DNA of 64,000 bases from Desulfobulbaceae bacterium DB1 (lineage in GTDB: Bacteria; Desulfobacterota; Desulfobulbia; Desulfobulbales; SURF-16): positions 448,225 through 512,224 of the forward strand of contig MQUF01000003.1 of NCBI GenBank assembly GCA_001914235.1. The letters are read 5' to 3'. Made by a program: the position numbers and the translations under genes. The stretch's first letter is position 1; every line of letters begins with the position of its first letter. This document shows positions 37,266 to 46,394 of the stretch, piece after piece. The notes under the pieces are model-generated. The model was given only the letters and a program-made list of their open reading frames with translations. It ran no database searches and was not told where the DNA came from.

Positions 37266-38864
37266 ATGAAAAAGAAACTGAGCAGCTATATTGCCGGCGC
37301 GTTTATCATCAATGTTTTCGCCATCCTCAGTGTAGGCGGCATCTGTACCTTGATGGTCAAAGACATGGTGACGAATATCGCCCGTCTGGAAAAGGAAAGC
37401 GGGAATGTCTCCACAATTTACCGACTGAACAACAAAATCCAGCATGCCGTCTTCATGGTTCACAATTCCATCGTTGATTATGATGAAACAGCGGAAAATG
37501 AAATCATGGCCACCATGGCCAAGGCGGAAAAAGACCTGCTCGACTATATGGGAAGTGAAAAGAGCGGGCACAATCTTCATACGCAGGAGGAATTCATTCT
37601 CCTGGAGAAACTTCACGACAATATCAGCGGCATCAAAACCCTTCTGCCCGAAATTTACCGCAACCTCACCCTTGCCGAGCCCCAGGATGAGAACGGGTTC
37701 AAACTGCTGGAAAAATATGCCTTTCACGCCCGGAACCTGACCCAGTCCATCAACGATGTTCATTTCAAAGTCGTGTCAGGCCTGGTCAAGGAATCTTACA
37801 ACAAGATGTTTTTCATCCTGCTGCTCTACCTGACCTGTTCGGTGGTGGGGATCCTCGCCTCCTGCGTCGGCTATGTGGTGTTAAGCCGTCATACGATCAA
37901 GCCGATCATCAATCTTGCCACCGCGACCCGCAGAATTTCCGGCGGCGATCTCGGTATCCGGGTTGCAACCGATTCCGAAACCGAAATCGGCACTCTGTAT
38001 CAATCATTCAATGCAATGACGGAAAAGCTGCAGGAACATCAGCGAAAACGGGAAGATTTCAACCGGATGCTGGAAAAACTGGTAAAGGAAAGGACCCGGG
38101 AACTGCTCGAATCAAATGAGTCTTTGTCCCGTACCCAGTCGGAACTGGTCAGGATGGAAAAAATCGCCACCCTGGGCCAGATCGCCACCTCGGTCAACCA
38201 CGAAATCAAAACACCGCTGAATGTCCTGTACATGAATCTGCAACTGCTCATTCGCAAGATAAACCAGTGCCCCATGGAAGGGGACTCGCTGAAACAGGGC
38301 ATGCTCGGTCTGACCGAGATCATCAATAATGAAATCGGCAGAATCAATGAAATAATTGAAGAATTCGTCAAATATGCCCGTTTCCCCGCCCCGAAAATCA
38401 AAGAAAGCGATATCAACAAAATACTTACCGACATCGCGGAGATGGTCACCCAGAATGCACGGGAGGCGGACATCAGCATCGATCTTCAGCTTGATGACAA
38501 TTTACAGACCTGCCCGGTTGATGCTAAGATGATGATTCAGGCTCTGCTCAATCTCTGCATGAATGCCATCCAGGCCATGCCCTACGGCGGATCCTTGAAA
38601 ATTGAAAGCAAAAAACTGGAATCATGCACGAAAATATCGATCATCGATACCGGACAGGGCATTGAAGCGGCCGACCTTGACCGCATCTTCGATCCCTTTT
38701 TCACCAAAAAAGACGGAGGCCTGGGTTTTGGGCTTGCAATTGTCCAGCGAATCATCGAAGATCACCGTGGTTCCATTTCCTGCCGGAGCGAGGTGGAAAA
38801 AGGGACCGAATTCACCATCATTCTTCCGACAACGACAAAGGCAATCTGTCAGGATATCATATAA
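37266..38864 (+). CDS. Sensor histidine kinase (periplasmic sensor, HAMP, HisKA, HATPase_c)
   Basis: Two TM segments flank a ~150-aa loop, followed by a HAMP domain. H-box SVNHEIKTPLN, and N/G boxes (LNLCMNAIQA, DTGQGI, GGLGFGL). Confidence 0.9.
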   Translation: MKKKLSSYIAGAFIINVFAILSVGGICTLMVKDMVTNIARLEKESGNVSTIYRLNNKIQHAVFMVHNSIVDYDETAENEIMATMAKAEKDLLDYMGSEKSGHNLHTQEEFILLEKLHDNISGIKTLLPEIYRNLTLAEPQDENGFKLLEKYAFHARNLTQSINDVHFKVVSGLVKESYNKMFFILLLYLTCSVVGILASCVGYVVLSRHTIKPIINLATATRRISGGDLGIRVATDSETEIGTLYQSFNAMTEKLQEHQRKREDFNRMLEKLVKERTRELLESNESLSRTQSELVRMEKIATLGQIATSVNHEIKTPLNVLYMNLQLLIRKINQCPMEGDSLKQGMLGLTEIINNEIGRINEIIEEFVKYARFPAPKIKESDINKILTDIAEMVTQNAREADISIDLQLDDNLQTCPVDAKMMIQALLNLCMNAIQAMPYGGSLKIESKKLESCTKISIIDTGQGIEAADLDRIFDPFFTKKDGGLGFGLAIVQRIIEDHRGSISCRSEVEKGTEFTIILPTTTKAICQDII

Positions 38865-38873
38865 GGTGCACCC

Positions 38874-40214
38874 ATGCCGCAGACCACCATACTGATTGTC
38901 GATGATGACAAAATGACACGGCAGACGCTTTCCCTGGCTCTTGAGGATCATTATCAGACCATGACGGCCAAGGACGGGAAAACCGCCCTGGAAACGCTCA
39001 GGGAGCAGGAAATCGACATCGTCCTTTCCGATCTTTTCATGCCGGGGATGAACGGCATTGAGCTGCTTGAGCAAATCAATCAGTTGCCGGAAAAGCCGCC
39101 GGTCATTTTCATAACCGGCCAGGGCACGGTCGAAACCGCCGTGCAGGCCATGAAACTGGGCGCCTATGACTATGTCACCAAGCCGATCAACATCGACCGC
39201 CTGTGTCTTATCATCGAAAAAACCCTGGAAAATAAACGACTCAAGGAAGAAAACATCCTGCTGAAGGAAAAGATAAAGGAAAACTATCCCGACCTTTCCC
39301 TTATCGGCGATTCCCCGGTCATGCAAAAGGTCAAGGCACTGGCCCATCAGGTGGCCTCCACCACCGCAACCGTGCTCATTGAAGGGGAAAGCGGCACCGG
39401 CAAGGAACTGATCACCAACATCATCCACTACAACAGCCCGGTGGCCCACGGTCCGTTCATCAAAGTCAACTGCGCGGCCTTTGCCGAAGGCGTGCTGGAA
39501 TCGGAACTTTTCGGTCATGAAAAAGGTGCCTTTACCGGCGCCGTGGCCGCGAAGAAAGGCCGTTTCGAGCTGGCCGACAACGGCACCCTTTTTCTCGATG
39601 AAATCGGAGAAATGCCCCAGTCGATCCAGGTCAAGCTGCTGCGCTTTCTCCAGGAGCAGACCTTTGAGCGGGTCGGCGGCACAAAAACCCTGAAGGTGCA
39701 AGTGCGGATTATCTCCGCCACCAACAGAAACCTGACGGAAATGATCAAGGAAGGGACCTTCCGGGAAGACCTTTATTACCGCCTCCGGGTGGTCAAGATC
39801 GAGATGCCCCCTTTACGGGACAGACGGGAAGACATTCCTCCCCTGGTGGACAATTTTCTGAAGAAATTCTCCCACCGGCACGGCAAACCGATTCAGCGGG
39901 TGTCGAACGAGGTTATGAACCTGATCAAACAGTATAACTGGCCGGGCAACATTCGGGAATTGATGAACTGTATAGAGAGCTCGGTGGTCATGGCGCGGGG
40001 CGACACGCTGACCATCGATTCCATACCGGAATACCTGACCTATACCGAAAATGGTTCGGAACCGGAAAGCAAGGAAGGGGCGCTGCATGAAATGGAGCGT
40101 CAGCTTATCACCGATGTGCTCAACAAAACGGCAGGCGACAAGGTGCGGGCGGCGAAAATTCTCGGCATCGGCCTGCGCACCCTGTACCGCAAACTGGACA
40201 GATGGGAGATGTGA
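38874..40214 (+). CDS. Sigma54-dependent response regulator (NtrC family enhancer-binding protein)
   Basis: Receiver domain (ILIVDDD..DIVLSDLFMPGMNG). AAA+ domain with GESGTGKE and the GAFTGA loop. C-terminal Fis-type HTH (AAKILGIGLRTLYRKL). Confidence 0.95.
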   Translation: MPQTTILIVDDDKMTRQTLSLALEDHYQTMTAKDGKTALETLREQEIDIVLSDLFMPGMNGIELLEQINQLPEKPPVIFITGQGTVETAVQAMKLGAYDYVTKPINIDRLCLIIEKTLENKRLKEENILLKEKIKENYPDLSLIGDSPVMQKVKALAHQVASTTATVLIEGESGTGKELITNIIHYNSPVAHGPFIKVNCAAFAEGVLESELFGHEKGAFTGAVAAKKGRFELADNGTLFLDEIGEMPQSIQVKLLRFLQEQTFERVGGTKTLKVQVRIISATNRNLTEMIKEGTFREDLYYRLRVVKIEMPPLRDRREDIPPLVDNFLKKFSHRHGKPIQRVSNEVMNLIKQYNWPGNIRELMNCIESSVVMARGDTLTIDSIPEYLTYTENGSEPESKEGALHEMERQLITDVLNKTAGDKVRAAKILGIGLRTLYRKLDRWEM

Positions 40215-40251
40215 TCAGCCAATCATCCCGATTCGGTGCAACGCCGCCTGA

Positions 40252-42141
40252 TCATCCATTTTTCTCCGCCGGGGAAAACAACGCGTGCGCGGCCTTGATT
40301 GCGGCGCAAGCCGGCCCGTCGTCAGGCGCGAGGGCGGAATCCCCGGCTATCCTCTTTTTCGAGGTGCATTCATAGACGATCTCCATTTCCTCCCGATCCA
40401 GGGTCTCATTAAGCAGCAGCATATCGGCCAGATAAATGACAAAGTCCTTTTCCGCTGTTAATATTTCCCGCGCCTCCTGGTAGCAGGATTCAACCAGTCT
40501 TTTCACCTCCCGGTCTATCCGCTGTCCCGTTTCTTCACTGTAGGCGGACCTGTTCAGCTGTTCCCCGAGAAAGCCCCCATCGTTCTGCAGATAGGCCAGC
40601 GGTCCGATTGCCTCACTCATGCCCCACTGGCACACCATCTTGGTGGCAAGACTGATGGCCTGACGGAAATCGTCCTCCGCACCGGTGGTCTGCTGTGACA
40701 GGCAAATCTCCTCCGCCACACGACCGCCCATGAGAATCTTGATGCGGCTGAGCAGGTATTCCCTTGAATAGGCGTGGCGATCAGTCAACGGCAATTGCTG
40801 GGTATGACCAAGCGCCTTTCCCCTGGGGATGATGGTAATCTTATGGACAGGATCGGTTTCCGGCAGGTGGCGGGCGAGCACCGCATGGCCTGATTCATGG
40901 TAGGCCATGGTCTTGCGATCCTTCTCGCTGATGACAAGCCCTTTTCGTTCAACCCCCATCAGGATCCGGTCCTTGGCCTTTTCCATATGCTCCGGCCGGA
41001 TGGCGCTGTCGCCCATGCGTCCGGCAATAAGAGCCGCTTCGTTCATCAGGCTTGCAAGCTCGGCGCCGGTGAATCCCGGGGTGCTGCGCGCCACATTTTC
41101 AAGATCCATGTTCTCGGCAAGCGCCAGTTTCTGGGCATAAACCCGGAGAATCTGCAGCCTGCCTTTGACATCGGGTGGGAGAATACTGATCTGCCGGTCA
41201 AAACGGCCCGGCCGCAGCAGGGCCGGATCAAGGATATCCGGCCGGTTGGTGGCGGCGAGAATAATGATCGTCTCTTCAGTGGAAAAACCATCCATTTCAA
41301 CCAGCAGGGCGTTGAGCGTCTGGCCGCGCTCATCCTGCCCGCCGGTCATGCTGCCCGCACCTCGGTGCCCTCCCACCGCATCGATCTCATCAATAAAAAC
41401 AATGCAGGGCGTATTTTTTTTCGCCTCCTTGAAGAGATCCCGCACCCTGGAGGCGCCGACGCCGACAAACATCTCGACAAAATCCGAACCGCTGATGGAA
41501 AAAAAGGGGACGCCGGATTCTCCGGCGATGGCGCGGGCCAGCAACGTCTTGCCTGTGCCCGGCGGGCCCTGAAACAGGATGCCGCGCGGGATGACCGCCC
41601 CGAGTTTGCTGTATTTTTTGGGCCGCTGAAGAAAATCAATCACCTCCAGCAATTCCTCCTTGGCCTCCGGTACCCCGGCGACATCACGAAACGTCACCTG
41701 TTTATACTTTTTCTGGGGAGTAAAATGGGCAAGCTTCTCCCTGCCGAAATCCGCCTCGTTTTCCCCGGTCCCATGATTGCGCAGCAGGGAAAACCAGACA
41801 ATGAGAATAAGCATCATCGGCACGGCGAGTTCGGCAACCTGCCACAGCATTGCCGCCTTTTTCTCCGCCGGCAGAACAACAACATTCTTGGCAAGCAGCC
41901 TGGGCAAGAGGGAAGGGACATCCGGGGCAAACGAGGAAAACTCGCGGCCAAATGTATCGGTAAGGGAAATTTGCCCCTGATCAAGGCGGACCTCGGCTAT
42001 TTCGCCTCTTTCCAGGGTCTCAAGGAATTCGTTGTAACTGATTGGCGGAAGACGGTTTTCAATAGTCCAGAAGACGGCAACGATCCCGCCGACGACAATC
42101 AAGGCCACAACGGCAAACAACGTACGAATAAAAAGGGTCAA
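40252..42141 (-). CDS. ftsH: ATP-dependent zinc metalloprotease FtsH
   Basis: GPPGTGKT Walker A, the SRH region and HESGHA zinc site. The track ORF uses a TTG start with GGAG upstream. Confidence 0.93.
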   Translation of the reverse strand: MTLFIRTLFAVVALIVVGGIVAVFWTIENRLPPISYNEFLETLERGEIAEVRLDQGQISLTDTFGREFSSFAPDVPSLLPRLLAKNVVVLPAEKKAAMLWQVAELAVPMMLILIVWFSLLRNHGTGENEADFGREKLAHFTPQKKYKQVTFRDVAGVPEAKEELLEVIDFLQRPKKYSKLGAVIPRGILFQGPPGTGKTLLARAIAGESGVPFFSISGSDFVEMFVGVGASRVRDLFKEAKKNTPCIVFIDEIDAVGGHRGAGSMTGGQDERGQTLNALLVEMDGFSTEETIIILAATNRPDILDPALLRPGRFDRQISILPPDVKGRLQILRVYAQKLALAENMDLENVARSTPGFTGAELASLMNEAALIAGRMGDSAIRPEHMEKAKDRILMGVERKGLVISEKDRKTMAYHESGHAVLARHLPETDPVHKITIIPRGKALGHTQQLPLTDRHAYSREYLLSRIKILMGGRVAEEICLSQQTTGAEDDFRQAISLATKMVCQWGMSEAIGPLAYLQNDGGFLGEQLNRSAYSEETGQRIDREVKRLVESCYQEAREILTAEKDFVIYLADMLLLNETLDREEMEIVYECTSKKRIAGDSALAPDDGPACAAIKAAHALFSPAEKNG

Positions 42142-42297
42142 CTCGGCAGACTCCGTTAAGGTGGATTGACGGTCACGACATCATCGACACAAAAATATAC
42201 TATATAATGGCAACGTATTGCTTGCAAAAGTTATTCCGTAAATCTCCGCCCGCCGAACAGCCCAAACAAGGGCATCCAGCCCTTTCCGGAATCTCCC

Positions 42298-42334
42298 TTT
42301 TGTCAAAATGACAAAACAGCATGCCATTTTGACA
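42298..42334. promoter_or_regulatory. Candidate enhancer (UAS): overlapping dyads TTTTGTCA-AAA-TGACAAAA and TGTCAAAAT-N16-ATTTTGACA
   Basis: A perfect 8-3-8 palindrome at 42298-42316. A further inverted 9-mer lies at 42326-42334. The centre is about 85 nt upstream of the sigma54-type promoter. Confidence 0.45.
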
Positions 42335-42388
42335 ACAAAAAAGACCGCCATTTCTCACAACATGTCGGAACAACACAAAAAATACCTT

Positions 42389-42404
42389 TGGCACGATAAT
42401 GGCA
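42389..42404 (+). promoter_or_regulatory. Candidate sigma54 (-24/-12) promoter
   Basis: TGGCACGATAATGGCA has a perfect -24 TGGCAC and correct GG-N10-GC spacing. The -12 element is TGGCA rather than TTGCA. It lies about 72 nt upstream of ATG 42477. Confidence 0.55.
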
Positions 42405-42476
42405 ATAAAACACAAGCAAGAGACACAACAAACAAATAATCCAAAACAGAAAGCATCAGCACCATGGAGGAAGCAA

Positions 42477-42710
42477 ATGAAAGCAACGAACCCCGAAGCC
42501 AAGGCCCAGGTAAAAAAACGCTCCACCGTTTCAAGTTCGGAAAACATCCAGGCCAAGGTTGAAGTTTCCAAGGGCGTTGTCATTGCGCTGGGCACAGCTC
42601 CGGCGCTGATCGGCATCTGGGCGGCCGCCTGTTTTGTCGGAGGTCTCGTTGCAAGCGGCGGTCCCATCGGCATGGTGAAAAGCTGGTTTTCGGCAATAAG
42701 CGGCATGTAA
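42477..42710 (+). CDS. Small (77-aa) C-terminally membrane-anchored protein, paralogue 1
   Basis: GGAGGAAGCAA precedes the ATG. A polar N-terminus is followed by ALIGIWAAACFVGGLVASG..WFSAISGM. Confidence 0.6.
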   Translation: MKATNPEAKAQVKKRSTVSSSENIQAKVEVSKGVVIALGTAPALIGIWAAACFVGGLVASGGPIGMVKSWFSAISGM

Positions 42711-42771
42711 GGATCCTTAAGCAATTTATTCCGAATGTAATCGACGACAACTGATGCAACGGAGGTGCCCC

Positions 42772-42996
42772 ATGAAAGAAGCAACATTGACAAAAAAACA
42801 AAACAAGGCACGGACAGGTGAACATATTCAGGCACAGACGGGTCTTGACACGTTTGCCACAGGCACCATCTCCGTCATGGGCGGCATTTCCGCCATCATC
42901 GGCATCTGGGCTGCAGCCTGCTTCATCGGCGGTCTTCTCAGCAGCGGCCCGGTTGAATTGGCTTACGGATGGTTCAGGGCGATAACCGGCCTGTAA
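42772..42996 (+). CDS. Small (74-aa) C-terminally membrane-anchored protein, paralogue 2
   Basis: GGAGGTGCCCC precedes the ATG. AIIGIWAAACFIGGLLSSG..WFRAITGL shares an almost identical core with the preceding gene. Confidence 0.6.
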   Translation: MKEATLTKKQNKARTGEHIQAQTGLDTFATGTISVMGGISAIIGIWAAACFIGGLLSSGPVELAYGWFRAITGL

Positions 42997-43163
42997 AACC
43001 CGCCCCGAGAGTGAGCATGCTGCACAGACAAACAATCCCTCCCCCTGAGTCCCGCCAACGAATGGACAAGAAAAGCACGCGGCAGAGCCGCGTGCTTTTC
43101 CCTGTTTGCGACGCAAATCACCTTCGTCTCAGCCGCCACTGTTGAGCCGAGGAAACCAAAGAA

Positions 43164-44627
43164 ATGAGCAAATCGTCTCCCAGCTTCATGAAAGCGGCGG
43201 TCAATCGAATTTCCCGCAGCAAACTTTCCGTTATCGGCGCGGTTCTCCTCATCTTCGTCAGCCCGATTCTCAGCCTCTCCGTTTTTCTCGACATTCAGGG
43301 CATCGTCAATAATCCCTATTTCGGCTTTCTTATTTATCTTGTTCTCGGACCGCTGTTTCTTTTAGGCATTATCCTGCTTTTTATCGGCATCATTACCTCC
43401 AGGGGCAAGGAGGACATCGGCCTCTTCACCTTTGAATACATCGAAGAACAACTCGCCCGTCCCGGCCGTTACAGCCGTATCCGGCGGCATCTTTACTTCA
43501 GCGTCACCCTCACCCTGGTGACCCTGTTCCTGGTCGCCCTTGTTTCCTATACCGGCTTTCACTATACGGAATCAAATGCATTCTGCGGCCAGTTCTGCCA
43601 TACGGTCATGGAGCCGGCTTTCACCTCGCACTCCAATTCCCCGCACTCTCGGATTTCCTGCGTCAATTGCCATATGGGCAAAGGTTCCCGGTGGATGACC
43701 AAAACCAAGTTCTCCGGTGTCAAGCAGCTTTTTGCCGTCATGTTCGACACCTATCACCGCCCCATCCGTCAGCCCATCGACACCCTGCGCCCGACACGGG
43801 CTACCTGTGAGGAATGTCACCGTCCAGACATGTTTCACGGCGACAAACTCTATATCAAGGACCGTTTTTTACCTGACAAAGACAACACCCACGTCCAGAC
43901 GGCGCTGCTTATGCGGATAGGATCGGGCGGCTACCTCGGCAGAAAAGCCCACGGTATCCACTGGCATGTTTCCGAGGACAACCAGGTTTTCTACAAATAC
44001 AGCGATCTGCATCAGGAGGAAATCGCCCAGGTCTGGCTGCAGAACGGAAACAAGAAAACCATTTACAGCAAAACCGCCTTGCAGCAGCAGGTACCGGCAA
44101 CCCTGTTGAGTGGCACTGTCCGGAAAATGGACTGCATGGACTGCCATAACCGGCCCACCCACGTTTTTCTCAGCGCGGAAGAGGCATTGGACGAAAAAAT
44201 TCTCATGGGGGTTATTCCCCGCACCATCCCCTTTATCAAGAAAAACGGGGTTGAAATCGTCAGCCGGCACTATGATTCGGTGGAACAGGCACTGGAAGCC
44301 ATTTCACAAGATCTGTTCCAATGGTACGAAAAGAATTATCCGGATTTCACCTCAAGCAAAAAACATCTGCTTGACAAGGCGGTCGCTGGAATCCAGCAGG
44401 CCTACCGGGAAAACGTCTTTCCCGATATGGAGGTGGGCTGGAATACCTATGACAATTTTATCGGCCACAAGGACGGAAACGGCTGTTTCCGTTGTCACAA
44501 GGGAGAGCACGTCAGTGAAGAGGGCAAGGTGATCAGCCATGATTGCGACAGTTGCCATGTGATTCTGGCGGAAAACGAACCCCAGCCCGATGTTCTGCGC
44601 ATTCTCAAGGAAGAAGCCGCCAAGTAA
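43164..44627 (+). CDS. Membrane-anchored multihaem c-type cytochrome (NapC/NirT-like N-terminal module; 5 CXXCH plus 1 CX3CH)
   Basis: N-terminal TM segments. Haem sites are CGQFCH (CX3CH), CVNCH, CEECH, CMDCH, CFRCH and CDSCH. Confidence 0.85.
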   Translation: MSKSSPSFMKAAVNRISRSKLSVIGAVLLIFVSPILSLSVFLDIQGIVNNPYFGFLIYLVLGPLFLLGIILLFIGIITSRGKEDIGLFTFEYIEEQLARPGRYSRIRRHLYFSVTLTLVTLFLVALVSYTGFHYTESNAFCGQFCHTVMEPAFTSHSNSPHSRISCVNCHMGKGSRWMTKTKFSGVKQLFAVMFDTYHRPIRQPIDTLRPTRATCEECHRPDMFHGDKLYIKDRFLPDKDNTHVQTALLMRIGSGGYLGRKAHGIHWHVSEDNQVFYKYSDLHQEEIAQVWLQNGNKKTIYSKTALQQQVPATLLSGTVRKMDCMDCHNRPTHVFLSAEEALDEKILMGVIPRTIPFIKKNGVEIVSRHYDSVEQALEAISQDLFQWYEKNYPDFTSSKKHLLDKAVAGIQQAYRENVFPDMEVGWNTYDNFIGHKDGNGCFRCHKGEHVSEEGKVISHDCDSCHVILAENEPQPDVLRILKEEAAK

Positions 44628-44681
44628 ACGCCGGCAGGCTTGATTCAAAACAATAACGACATACCGACGGAGTAGTTTGCA

Positions 44682-46124
44682 ATGAAAGATGATGAGCCAA
44701 ATAACGACCAGGAAAACGACTATCCAAAAAATTATGACCACGAGGGAGCCTTTGACCGCCTGCTGAAGGGGCTATGGCGCTCACCCCTGGGCGTTTTCGG
44801 TGTGGCGCTGACCACTATCAGCATCACCCTGATGATGATCGGCACCATCATCGACATGACCGGCCTGATCGACAACCCATACGCATCCCTGGTGACATAC
44901 ACCATTCTGCCGGTGGGCATGCTGATAGGCCTTGCCCTGATCCCCCTTGCCGCTTTCCTGCGCAGACGGAAATGGCATAAATACGGTGTCGACCGCGACC
45001 ATCTGCAGCTCAACCTGAGTAACCCCAAACACCGTCTGGCCCTGATCGGCTTCATCGTTCTTTCCGTGACCAACGTGGCTATTCTCGCGGTCATCGGTTA
45101 TGAAGGCTATCATTTCACCGATTCGTCCTATTTCTGCGGTGTCGTCTGCCACCAGGTGATGGAACCGGAATATGTGGCCTATAAGCGTTCCCCCCACTCC
45201 AGGGTGGCCTGCGTCGAATGTCACATCGGACCGGGAGCGGAATGGTACGCCCGCGCCAAGCTTTCCGGATTGCGCCAGGTGGCGGCCGTTATGCGCAATA
45301 CCTACAGCCGGCCCATTCCCGCCCCGGTCCATGAGCTGCGTCCGGCCAGGGATACCTGCGAACAGTGCCACTGGCCGGATAAATTTCACGGCAAAAGGAT
45401 AAAAAGATTTGTTTCCTTCAGCAACAATGACCAAACAAATCCGGAAATCACCGAAGTTGCCCTGCATATCGGCGGCCACAACCCCGAAACGAACGTCTTT
45501 GAAGGAATCCACTGGCATGTCAGCCATGAGGTGGAAGTAAGCTATCTGGCGGCGGACGAAAAACGCACGCAAATCGCCAAGGTCAGGGTGAAACGACCGG
45601 ACGGGACCGCGGATGAATTTATCAAGGGCGACATTGAAGTCCCGGCAACCGAGGAAGAAAACTGGCGGGTAATGGACTGCATCGACTGCCATAACCGCCC
45701 CACCCACATTTACAATATGCCGGAAGAAAGGGTTGATTTCGGTCTGCTCAGTAAAAAAATCAACCCTGAAATCCCCGGCATCCGCGAGGACAGCCTCAAG
45801 GTAATCACCAAGGAGTATGCATCCCGCGAGGAGGCAAAGGCTTCCATGACCAACGACCTGATTTCCCTGCAAAAACAACGGGATGCCGGGATGGCGGAAA
45901 CAAACAAAAATGATCTGCTCAAGGCCGGCGATTTCCTGCTGGAAGCATACCTCGGCAACGTCTGGCCGGAAATGAAGGTTGCCTGGGGTACCTATCGCGA
46001 TCATCTCGGCCACCAATGGGCTGATGACGGATACGGCTGCTGGCGCTGCCACGACGAAGAGCACGTCAACAGCGCAGGGGAAACCATTTCCCAGGATTGC
46101 TCCATCTGCCATGATGAACCCTGA
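44682..46124 (+). CDS. Membrane-anchored multihaem c-type cytochrome, paralogue of the preceding gene
   Basis: Same architecture and motif order: CGVVCH (CX3CH), CVECH, CEQCH, CIDCH, CWRCH, CSICH. Shared blocks include SPHSR..C.ECH.G, MDC.DCHNRPTH and GC.RCH. Confidence 0.85.
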   Translation: MKDDEPNNDQENDYPKNYDHEGAFDRLLKGLWRSPLGVFGVALTTISITLMMIGTIIDMTGLIDNPYASLVTYTILPVGMLIGLALIPLAAFLRRRKWHKYGVDRDHLQLNLSNPKHRLALIGFIVLSVTNVAILAVIGYEGYHFTDSSYFCGVVCHQVMEPEYVAYKRSPHSRVACVECHIGPGAEWYARAKLSGLRQVAAVMRNTYSRPIPAPVHELRPARDTCEQCHWPDKFHGKRIKRFVSFSNNDQTNPEITEVALHIGGHNPETNVFEGIHWHVSHEVEVSYLAADEKRTQIAKVRVKRPDGTADEFIKGDIEVPATEEENWRVMDCIDCHNRPTHIYNMPEERVDFGLLSKKINPEIPGIREDSLKVITKEYASREEAKASMTNDLISLQKQRDAGMAETNKNDLLKAGDFLLEAYLGNVWPEMKVAWGTYRDHLGHQWADDGYGCWRCHDEEHVNSAGETISQDCSICHDEP

Positions 46125-46209
46125 TCATTCCGCTTGATGATTGACCGGCCCGGTTCCTTTCCGCTCTCGTCAGGGGGGGAACCGGGACGGCAATTTATGA
46201 AAAAAAATA

Positions 46210-46326
46210 CTCATCACCGGCGGACGGGTCAGCGACGAGGAAATCCGTGTGCAGGTCTCTGCCCTGCACACGGAAAAAGATATTGATTTTGTGCTCCATG
46301 TGTTACAAGGGTTGAAAAAGTCATAA
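46210..46326 (+). pseudogene. C-terminal relic of a class-II PLP-dependent acyltransferase/aminotransferase (BioF/Kbl-like)
   Basis: LITGGRVSDEEIRVQVSALHTEKDIDFVLHVLQGLKKS* resembles the family's conserved C-terminus (R.. .SA.HT..DID). Nothing upstream of it is in frame. Confidence 0.45.
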
Positions 46327-46394
46327 TCGGCCCAGGCCGGCAAAACCCAACCCTTTTCGTGACGCCAGTGCACTCAGAAACAGACGCAAATCAC

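Noticed and set aside
40897-42159. 420-aa ORF antisense to ftsH, and similar long antisense ORFs (29413-30786, 38622-39701, 44781-46112, 53315-54814, 57574-58719, 59085-59960, 60914-61975, 62074-62739).
   Set aside because: Each lies opposite a gene with unambiguous family motifs. Their translations are Gly/Arg/Pro/His-rich with no recognisable domains, which is typical of shadow ORFs in GC-leaning DNA.
42208-42222. A second sigma54-like string, TGGCAACGTATTGCT.
   Set aside because: It has only 9 nt between GG and GC, whereas canonical spacing is 10. The site at 42389-42404 has correct spacing and a better -24 box.
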